Origin: Paraspadella gotoi
Taxonomy: Eukaryota; Animalia; Chaetognatha
DNA length: 64,000 bases
Reading direction: 5' to 3'
Assembly (NCBI GenBank): GCA_051294375.1
Contig: CM119266.1
Span: forward strand, 24,044,411-24,108,410
The notes under the pieces are model-generated. The model was not told where the DNA came from. It searched no databases and saw only the letters and a list, made by a program, of their open reading frames with translations. The translations under genes and the position numbers were made by a program. This document shows positions 54,101 to 64,000 of this stretch, piece by piece (positions within the stretch are counted from its first letter, which is position 1; every line of letters begins with the position of its first letter).

Positions 54101-55199
54101 TATGCTGTATTGTGTTACTTTTTTTTTCCTAAATTTGAAATTGCGACAGTTAACGGTTAACCTTCCGAAGGCAATGACGATGGTGACGACGGGAATGACC
54201 CTGACGGAAGATGACGAGGGAAAANNNNNNNNNNNNNNNNNNNNNNNNNNNNNNNNNNNNNNNNNNNNNNNNNNNNNNNNNNNNNNNNNNNNNNNNNNNN
54301 NNNNNNNNNNNNNNNNNNNNNNNNNNNNNNNNNNNNNNNNNNNNNNNNNNNNNNNNNNNNNNNNNNNNNNNNNNNNNNNNNNNNNNNNNNNNNNNNNNNN
54401 NNNNNNNNNNNNNNNNNNNNNNNNNNNNNNNNNNNNNNNNNNNNNAGTGTGCAAAAGGTTATAGCTTTCGCCAAACACGGAATACGGTGAGGAAGAGGGG
54501 GGATTCGAAAAAGGTGAGGACGAGAGGAGTTCGGACGTTCTACGTAACTCTAAGGTAAGGAAGAAACAGGGTGAGTCAATTACTTCAGGGAAGTAAAGAG
54601 GTGAACGTTGAACGGTGAAGAAGGTCAATGTACTAGTCCGAGAGAGAAACGGATAAGGTTGCCCGGCGCGAGTGACCGATCGAGTTGAGCCAGATTCGAG
54701 CCAACGGTGCAAAGGGGCGATGGAGTGACCTCGGGAGACGTTTGGGTGAGCGAGGGCGGCGCCTTCTTGACGCGCCTACGATTCATCACCCAAAATGGCG
54801 GCGGTCGTGACGCGCAACGATATGCAAATGGTCAAACGAGGCCGACGGACAACGACGCGAAAAAAAGTAGTGCTCGTGGAAAAAGGGAAGACCGCAAAAG
54901 AGTCTCTCTTCTCTTGGTGTTTCGTAATGACGCTTTTTGCATCACAATCGCGGGTAACCCAAGCACAGCTACTCTCTTCATCATCACTGAGAATCAATAG
55001 AAGTAACATCAAGAAGAAAGATATAACACAGGAAATCGAAAAAAGAAAAGTAAGACTAATGGCAAAAAGAGATGGGAACACAGAGATCAATCTTGCCAGA
55101 TGATGAAATCAGAAGCAAGGCTAATTGAAAGAATCATAATCGAAGAAATTGAAAGAAACGGCTCAGTTGTATAGATGAAGGCTTTGTACCAGGTGGCTT

Positions 55200-57140
55200 G
55201 GGACGAACGGCAAGCTACACAGCACCATCAAAAAAGGAATGCCGGAATTTCCTCTTCAGAGAATCGATTTTGAGAAAAATGAAGTGAATGAATTGAAAGA
55301 ATGATTAGGCAATTTGCAAAGGTCGCTATCATGTGCAGAAACGACCAATTCAACGAGCCAAGACTTCCACCCAGACAGCGGATCAACGGATCAAGTTACC
55401 TGGGCATCAATCATAGGAAGTCGAAAATAAAGGAAAACAGGAAAGAAGATTTGCCAATTGGGAAAGACTTCAGGGTCAAGGGGAACTTACTCTCCTCACA
55501 TACCAACTTCGCGCAAAGAAGGCACATAAGAATACATTTTGGATTTATCTATTCTCACAATTGTATCTTCTCGATCCAATTCACATTCAACTGCTGCTCC
55601 AACCACTGCTGGCCACGGGCACCTACTTCCGGCTCCAACCAACTACAGCAGCATTCCTCCTTCCTTTCTAGATCACTCCATATCATATCGTCGGGGATTA
55701 TCGATATGCAAGCATTCAGTAACGAAGACAAAAGTCTACTCACTACGAAGGGGTCTACTCGCACGATGCAAAAATAAAAAGGTTCATCCTAATGGATAAC
55801 GCCGCAATCTAAGGTGACGTCAACGGAAGAGAACGACACGATCCGAACGTCAACGACAGCGTGGGGTATAAATAACGTCCAAGTCTTCAGTGTATTCACT
55901 CAGTGATATCACCATCCCCAGCCACCTTTTCGTGATCTCCGGCAATAGGTGGAATGTTCGGAGGAATACGTAATGGACATATATATAAGTATATGGGCGA
56001 TATTAAGGCGATAGGGTAGGGGATCGACTAGCATGTTCGCTCCCTGCCTTGTACCATGAATCAGCATCTCCGCCCTAGAAACCTGTTCACCCTCTCCTTT
56101 ACAGAAACCTTTCAAAAGAGGATAAGCAATGATGTATATGAAAGAAGATGGTTGTGCTTTTAGATGTTTAGAAAGACGAACGCACATAGCAACACGCATG
56201 CACTCACCTAGAGAGGCTTGTATGCGTCTGCTATGGCCCTCATCATATACTATTTCTGCATGCTACGGTTTTCACCCAAGCTTTTACCCGAGGCAGAGCC
56301 CAAAAGTATGGCAGAGTGGTTGCAACTCACCAACTCGAACTTCAAATAGGCCACCACCAAGGAGCAATAACCTCAACATAGACCGAGGATCCACCCTGCC
56401 TGCTGCACAGGATCACCGTCGCCAAATCCGTCAAACGATCGGCACTTACAAGAGCCTCACAGCACTCGTTGATGTGAATGATTTTATACGCACTCTCACA
56501 GCCCGCTCGATATTCTCTATCTGGCAGAGACTGGGTTTAACACCCAGTAGTCATTCCACCGAGTCACCTGGTCAGGTGATGACCTCAGGTCAGAATGGAA
56601 AAGAATCAACGAGTCTGGTTGACATGCAAGTTTTGGAATAGATGGGAGAGACGCAATACTGTCTTCAACCTCTCCCAGCTAAAAAGAAAAAATGGCAGAA
56701 AAACTGAACCCGAATGTTGAGTAAATTAGGACAAAATTAGTTTTGATCTGTGGATGAAAATCTACCGAGAGATGCAATGGAAACTCCGGGCAGCAATTGA
56801 ACGAGTGGATGATGATGGTCCACGTGAGAAGGAGTGATGATTAGAACTGCGAATAATAAATATTTTGAGAACGTGACAGAAACCAAAAACTAGGTGATTT
56901 GGATTTAGAATAGTAGCATTAGAGGCTCGAAATTAAAAGTACAAAATGAGAATGACATAAATCGTTTTGGCATACTTAAACGATTAAGTTCTCGAATTGG
57001 CAAGATAAACAAGAATAAAGCAAAACCCGGTAAAAAAGAGTAAAAAGAAATTTTTAAAAATTAGAAATCACATATTCATTCGCGAGAGAGTAATTAATTT
57101 AATACAATAAAACTTCAAGGAGGAGTGTAAGCGTACTAAA
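55200..57140 (+). mobile_element. Degraded or noisy Ty3/gypsy LTR-retrotransposon pol remnant with PPT and 3' LTR start
   Basis: Frame-broken motifs in gypsy order: RT-like YLG (about 55395), RNase H-like YAS..YS.TE..LLA..IKRF (about 55700-55790), integrase-like HVRSC..PFKR (about 56030-56135). Purine tract AAGGAGGAG (57117-57125) directly precedes TGTAAG. No 5' LTR located. Confidence 0.55.
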
Positions 57141-58014
57141 CCTTTCAACATAAGTCACGCGGGTCTGTCATAATGTGTTATTTGTTAAAAGGATTTACAA
57201 CACATTCATTAATAATAACGCATACGATAGAAGAAAATGAATACAAAGAGATGGGGACGAGATATGGAGTAGAATATGAGATAGTTCTAGTCCATACTTT
57301 AGTTAATTCGCAGTAGATGAACGAGGACGAAAGGAGAGGAGACTGCAAACAGATGACGAACAATCAGTGTGATGCGACGAAAGGGAAACAGCCGGCTACG
57401 TCGATCCTCAGGCGCTCTTGGCGTAAAGCAAACAGTAAACCAGCCTCAGAAGATATGGGGTCGTGCGGAAACGCCGCGTGGGACGGCACCATGCGACTCG
57501 GTAGGGTCAGTCTTTGGAAAGCCGACGCCGCAACACGGCTCAGATCCGGAGCGGAATAAGCGTGCAGATGCGGACGCGCGCCGACCGCGACCCGCAAATA
57601 CGTTTGTGTGACCTGACGATCACTCGGAAAAGAGGGGAACATGTTCGGAAGGAAAAGATGCGGGCAAGCACCATGAGAAAGTTTCGTACGCGCCGGTAGA
57701 AACAGTTCGACCAATCAAGCGCCGACTATCGCTAAGATAATGTGCGAGTAAGAGCACGGAACGCAGACACTAGCACAAATTCTCGCTGTAGACATAAGAG
57801 GAATATTAGAATGAATGTGCAAGGCCTCCCTGATCCAGTCAGGACAGGGTGCGGTCCATTAGAGGACAAGCTCCATACTAAGTGTAGCAGATAGAAGAGA
57901 AAGGGATAAGGTCATATCAGGGTGAATAAGGGCCACTACTCGAGGGAACTTTGTAAGCAAAGTGAGCTGGTACGGTAGCCTCAGGCGATGTCAAGGAATG
58001 CCAGCAGCAATGTA

Positions 58015-59900
58015 AATCTAAACTTAACTGTCTTGTTCTGATCGGGTGCCACCAAAGACTTCACTGTTGAATGTTTGAACCTTGCCACACAGCAAGTTTG
58101 GAGAGAAGAGAGAGAGAGAAAAGAGAGAGGAGAGAAGAGTGGAGAAAGAGTGCAGGTCAGTCCCTTGTCCGGTCGATCGGTTCAATCGGGTCGAATGGTC
58201 AAGCGTACTATGAGAAGCTAGCAACAGATGTGGGCCGGGCGGTGAATCTGCATCAGGGCTAGATTCATCAATATGCGAACCGCCGGCCGGTCCGCGCGAG
58301 CCGTCGGCTAGGGCTTAAGTACCTAAAGGCAGCAGGTAGAATCGTTACGTTGAGTACGCAAGTATTTTGAATTGACTCAGCAATCAAAGAAATACGAAGA
58401 TAACGAAATTTGGAGAGCAGGCATGACAGAGACAATATCCAAGAAAGTTTGGAAAAGCGCAGTGGACGGGACGGTTCTATGCAGCAGAGAAGAGCCCCGT
58501 CTTCCGCAATATAGCCTAACTATGATCAATCGGCCCTAGAGCGAATTCGTTTAGACGCACAATATGGCGTGATTACTGGTGCATATGTTTCGGGAATGAT
58601 TCTAATCCGCTCGTTGAGAGGACCCAAGCGAGTACTATATGGATCAACAATAGAAAACGACTACTAGTTTGAACAAAATCAGAGTTAACTACGTATATCA
58701 CAAAGACATAGAACAAATCAAGAACGATGAACGAACATCATCCGAAATTGGAGAAGGAACCTGACAGATATCGAGAGGGGTTCGACAGGAGAGATATACC
58801 ATACTGACCGATCATAACGATCCAAGTAACAATTGTCAAAGCACTAGTATAAGATGAAGTAGAATATGCAATATGGTCACCTTCGGCTCAGTCCATAGGA
58901 GAGGAAGCTTTGAATTTGAACTTGGGCCATGTTAGAGTAGTGAGATGTGTCTTCATTCATTCTGCTAGATGTCAGTTATGCGTATGATATATCGTGTGAC
59001 ACACCAATATCAAAGAAATATCAGATGGAAAAAATGATATACGTTATAGACCTTCTCTTCATGAATCTGAGGAGTTATCAATTATTATTTCGTGAATTAA
59101 ATGCAGTATGGATAACAGAATAACATTTACGAGCCACAGAGAGACAAAAAAATTAGTTCTCGTTTTCTACATATACTTAGAGATATATAATCAAACAAAA
59201 GAACAAGACTCATCAAATCAATAAGACAAAGAACGGGACAAGAAACAAATAGAAAAAACAAAGAACCACAACCGGAACAGTAAATAACCAAAAGAAAACG
59301 AAAGAAAACACAAGATATAGAAAACCTAGAAAAAAAAAAAGCTTTAAAAGTATACAACAGACAAGCAACACAGCACAAGCTCATTATTATAATCAAAGAA
59401 AATTTAGCCGGCTACTAATAACGCGAAGATAACACCGAATGAAAGAAATGAACGAACGAATGAAGAAATTGAACGAACACATGAACGAATGAATTGATTG
59501 AACGAATGAATGAGTTGTATGAATATCTCTTCTCACCTCAGACAGCTCTGTCAGGAACTATAGAAGAATCCAACAAGATAAGATCAACGGAAATTCCATC
59601 GTCCGAACAGAAGACATGAAGAATAGGGGGTGATGGTTAGAATTCGTTATGAATACGTCGGGTCTGCGCGGTCCATATGACGGTCGGCTTAGTGGAGGAG
59701 CCCTAGAGCCCGAGGCGGGGTGAAAGAGAAAAGGCCGAGACCGCGGGAACGGCCAGATCTGACCATTCGACGATTGACCGGATCGACGGACAAGGACTGA
59801 ACCTGACTCTTTTCCACTCTTTCTCCGCTCTCTCTTTCTACTCTCATCTCTCTCTCCAAACTTTACTTGGACGAGATCAAACAAGACAGATTTAGATCAA
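58015..59900. mobile_element. Segment of about 1.9 kb bounded by long imperfect inverted repeats (putative non-autonomous DNA/foldback transposon)
   Basis: 58094-58200 (aagtttggagag..gtcccttgtccggtcgatcgg..cgaatggtca) is the reverse complement of about 59760-59865. The outer ends (ctgtcttgttctgatc / gatcaaacaagacag) and ctagggct/agccctag also match. Confidence 0.55.
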
Positions 59901-61199
59901 CTGGATAACTCTAGCGGTCACTACTTTCTTACAGAAGTTCCCTACTACGTTTAGCTGAGATTCTCTTCCGATTATTGGAATTTCTCTATACCGGAACGAC
60001 GCATTTTTGAATTCATCATTGATTTACCTCGATGTTTCTACGGATTTTTTGCCTTTGATTATTTAGCATTTTATTACTTTTAGATTCCCGCATTTTTTCC
60101 TCGACATTTTCGAGCTTCAGTTACAACAAACGTTTGGGATACTTTTAGTTCAATTACGTTGCGGGACCAAATGGACATATCTCACTCAAGCGTGAGAGGC
60201 CAGCTTCTCTCTATATCTCTCTCTCACTCGTCTTCTCAATCTCTGAAGTCCACAGTCTTCTTCTCCCTATCTCTCGTTCTCTCTCTGCTCTCTCAATAAT
60301 ATTACATCATACGATTTTAATTAGAGAATCAAGCGCCGAGGATTATACGATTATAAACGGCGATAGAGAAAGTGAGACAATATAGTAATAGGAGATATAA
60401 TTACAAAAAAAAACATAGACTGAAGGCAGAGGGCGAAGGCCGGATGAAGAGGATCAAAGAGGAAAGAGAACCCACATTGTCTTTTGTTTGAGGCCATTTG
60501 AGAGAGAGAGAGAGAGAGAGAGGAGAAGAGAAGGGAGAGAGAGAGACGAGAGAGAGAGAGAGAGAGAGAGGAGGAGAGAGAGAGAGAAGAAGAGAGAGAG
60601 AGANNNNNNNNNNNNNNNNNNNNNNNNNGAGAAAAAGCTTCAAACGTGGGAATAAATGGAGAGAAAAGAATTAACCATGTATATTTTCCTTTGTTTTTTC
60701 CCTTGTTAACCAGCGTTGGGTAATTTTTTGTTTCGTTCATTTCTTTTTTCCCCTCGAGTCGGTAAAGCGAAAAAAATGGATACAATTTACAGATCGCAAA
60801 TTTTAAGAGGAAGGGAGAAAGAATGAAGTTGATTTAAGTTAATAAGTTAGAAGATAAAAATACCAACACTATATTAAGAGACACCAGGAAAAATAGCGCG
60901 AGAATGTTTCAGTGTCGAAACACAGAAGGTTTATCGTGCAAACTCAAAATGTAATCTTATCTTAACTATGTTACGAATTCGATCCCCCCATTTTTATTTT
61001 TTCAACAAAAAACAGTAACGGTACTAATAACAGAGTAACAGCGCAATTCGTAAATAGATTGGAAGGCGATAAGCAAATGTATACCACGAGTCTACAAACT
61101 CTACATGACAGAGGTCTACGAGACAGTTTTTGCATTTTTCCAACTCCTAGCCTCGATACGGTATTTATCACAAAATATTATATACTTCCAATAAGTCAG

Positions 61200-62757
61200 T
61201 CGCCCTATCATTTCCATAGTCCTAGTTCATTGGAAACCTCTTCCTAACGTTATTAAAGGAGTAGGTATCCAATCCCGCTTTTTATTCTTCGTCTTTCCCC
61301 AAATATCTTCGGTGACCAACAGCCTACTTTGAACCTCAGTATTTAATGCTACAATATGCAAATGAGATTTTTGGTCTCGAGGCAAAAGGAAAAAAAAAAG
61401 AGGCAACTTGCGTCGTTGGCGTTTTGGTCGGAAGGCCGAAGGTTGGATGCGAAGGAAGGCCGAGCGCAAAGGACCGGAATTGGCATTTGAGGGCGGAGGG
61501 GAAGGGGGCGGTTGGTGTCGCGTCCTTCGTTAACCACCTTCACCCTCACGAATCTAATTCTCCGCCTGCCTCGTCAAGACTTCCGCCCACCTCACGGCTC
61601 ACCTATTCGACTACCTCATAACCAGCCGCCACAGTTTTCTTTGACTTAAAAGCACGAGGCCCTTTCTGCCATTGCACTCCTTCGATAGCAGCAACACAGT
61701 CAGTCCGTCACGGACATTGCATTGTTTCAAATTCAGCCCCGTCTGCCAAAGAAATTCCATCATTTCATTCCCGTCTTCGTCGAAAACGGATCATTCTAAC
61801 ATCAAAAAGCTTCTCCCGACGTCCACTATGAGTTACCACTCCCATGATTCCCACCTTCATTTTCTCCGCCACCTCCTTCTTCCTTCCTCGTCGCCCGAGA
61901 GAGAGAGAGAGAGAAGAGAGAGAAGCAAAACATTCATTGAAATTCAGGACGGCGACGGAAGTGACGCAGATTTATGGGCGGCGGCGGAATTGGAAAAAAA
62001 AAAGAAAGCGGGGCGGTCACGTGACGAGAGGCGGGAGAGCGCGACGGCGGGATGGAAGGAGATGGTGGACGGTGGTGGGGGTGGGGGTGGTGGAGGTGGT
62101 GGAAGGTGTTGGGATGAAGGGAAGGGCCAAAGGAACTCGCAAAGGGAAGAGGCATCGCCACAGGTGTCATTCTCGTTGGGTGAAAAAAAAATTTCTGGGA
62201 TCGAATTCAGATACCATCAAAATCGAGTCATTGAGAATTTTTTTGATTATTTTAAAGTTGCTGAACAATTTACTAATAATTTAATTTAATATCATATTAA
62301 AATAAAACTAAAGGATAATTACTGTAATTTTGTTTCCATTTTTTTTTTTTTTTTGAGGAGGGGCAAAATTCAAAATACATAATAGAATGTAGTTTTCGGA
62401 ACGATTCAATTTTTGGCTTGATCGATCTTGTACTTCGAAGTCAGATTCATTGCCGCATGAATTAATCCGGCGGTGAAAACCTCGAGCGGAACACCAGAAC
62501 ACAGGCCTCACCAATGAATGACGAAACCCAGGCGTCCTGGAATATCTGAGGTTGAGTAGTAGGGGGGTAAGGGCGTTGAGAACGGCGGGGGCGGTACTCG
62601 GAACGAGCCTGGCGATAGTGTCGAATTGAAAAAAAGTATCTACGTCTGGCGTTGGAAGGGATGGGGCATTGTTGAGCGAGAAAGGGAAAAGAAAAAAGCT
62701 GCAAGTTAACCATACCAGTCTCGATAAAGTTAAACCCACAACCTGACGACATCCATT
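61200..62757 (-). CDS. Possible protein-coding exons of an unidentified gene
   Basis: Coding-like blocks (about 62420-62757, 61960-62180, 61400-61895) with open stretches such as EDGNEMMEFLWQTGLNLKQCNVRDGLTVLLLSKEC; ATG near 62757 next to the E-box island; no family recognised. Confidence 0.3.
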
Positions 62758-62894
62758 AAAGATAATATGAACGAGAATTGTCAGGATAAATTACTTCCAA
62801 AAATTACTTTTTAAATCGAGGTTATGGGCGGACGCTTTTAATCGGCGCTCTGATCTATATCTGGGATCTCTTCTGCCATTCAAAGAAAACGCAG

Positions 62895-63197
62895 TCCTCT
62901 AATTGGTCAAAATCTTCCGATGGTCAGCAAGCTTCAACGATTGGTCGAAACCGTCTGGTCTCGCGATGCCAGTTCGAGCGTGACGAAAGTCGAACAAGCC
63001 GATCACGTGATTGGAACGGGTCACGTGGCTCGTCACGTGATAAGTAGAATTCGATCACGTGGACCGAAGGAGCCACTGGCGAGAATCCGTCCGCACGATC
63101 ACGTGATCCGTGTCGAAACTTCACGGAGGCGAAACAGACGCGAAGGCGACGTTTGTGGGTGAATTCGCGGGTGAGGCAGGAAGGAGGGAGGTAAGTC
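62895..63197. promoter_or_regulatory. CpG-rich, probably bidirectional promoter with five CACGTG E-boxes, ATTGG boxes and a + strand splice donor
   Basis: CACGTG at 63004, 63022, 63034, 63056 and 63100; ATTGG near 62903, 62940 and 63010; GAG|GTAAGT at about 63191. Confidence 0.6.
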
Positions 63198-63677
63198 CAT
63201 TACCGGCTCCAACGAGGAAGAAATTTTGTTACCTTTTTGTTATTTTTTATGATTAATTGCGGGATTGATTTATTGAATTTATTAATTGAACGAAATAAAT
63301 TTTAGGTAGAACAATTTTTTTTTTCACCGTCCATTGATTGGATTTTCATTGTTTCTCGAAACTGACCAAAACGAGGCAGGGATTGTTCCTGGCTTGTTGA
63401 GTATTGTGTCCGGAAATCAACTGTGAGAAACCTGGCTTCTTTTTCTGCTTCGATCTGCTTTCGGGAAAAAAAAATATTGGCGATTCGAACGTAATTTTAT
63501 GACTCTAATGGCCGCGTCGTAAAAATAATTTTAATTATATCCTTAATTGTACAAAATTACTAAAACATGCAAACTTATGGAAACAAAATGTAAACAGTCG
63601 TGTCTCCTGTAGAAATAATTATCGAGGAAAAAGAACTTTAGAACTTGAGACTAAATTTAAAATTTAATTATTTAATT

Positions 63678-64000
63678 ATGAATCTTAACAATAAAATACA
63701 AGAACAAAACTCAACAGAAAAATTTGAACCTCTATCCCTCACCTCAACTAATTCGTCTGCTTCAAATACATCAGCGCCACGAAGTAAACCCCCAACTCCA
63801 GCTACTGACCCGATTACACATTTAACAACGCCGCCCTCGATAGCGCTAACAACGCCGATTACGACAGCGCCTTTATCGCCGACAACAACAACGTCAACAA
63901 CAACGAAAACTTTCCTTGATGAAAAGGAATATGAAGAAAAATATGCGACGGAATCAAAAATAGTATTCGACAAGGAATTCCAACTGAGCGACAAGAAAGA
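63678..64000 (+). CDS. 5' part of an unknown protein with a Thr/Pro/Ser-rich stretch, running off the window
   Basis: Frame open from ATG 63678 to the window end: MNLNNKIQEQNSTEKFEPLSLTSTNSSASNTSAPRSKPPTPATDPITHLTTPPSIALTTPITTAPLSPTTTTSTTTKTFLDEKEYEEKYATESKIVFDKEFQLSDKK. Confidence 0.5.
   Translation, partial: MNLNNKIQEQNSTEKFEPLSLTSTNSSASNTSAPRSKPPTPATDPITHLTTPPSIALTTPITTAPLSPTTTTSTTTKTFLDEKEYEEKYATESKIVFDKEFQLSDKK

Overview
Animal (protostome) genomic DNA from an error-prone, gap-filled long-read assembly, with heavy indel noise, many (AG)n/(TTTA)n microsatellites and seven gaps of exactly 25 N. Secure content: (1) an 8-exon serine racemase/serine-threonine dehydratase family gene on + (3851-9474); (2) a convergent tRNA-Ser(AGA)/tRNA-Phe(GAA) pair at 23.6-24.1 kb; (3) a central Hox gene of the Ubd-A group (Ubx/abd-A/Lox2/Lox4) on -. 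Its homeodomain is unusual: Y20, V47, a Lox2-like RMKEKKE followed by a Lox4-like KQKISELN parapeptide, and a phase-1 intron inside helix 3. It occurs as two noisy near-complete copies plus one partial copy between 28.7 and 47.4 kb; this triplication is most likely an assembly artefact. Weaker calls: a degraded Ty3/gypsy pol with PPT and LTR start, an element bounded by long inverted repeats, CACGTG-dense CpG islands (one looks like a bidirectional promoter), unidentified coding exons, and a structured-RNA candidate in a racemase intron. I found no securely supported new biological system. The best leads are the atypical, apparently unclustered Hox gene and the intronic structured element.
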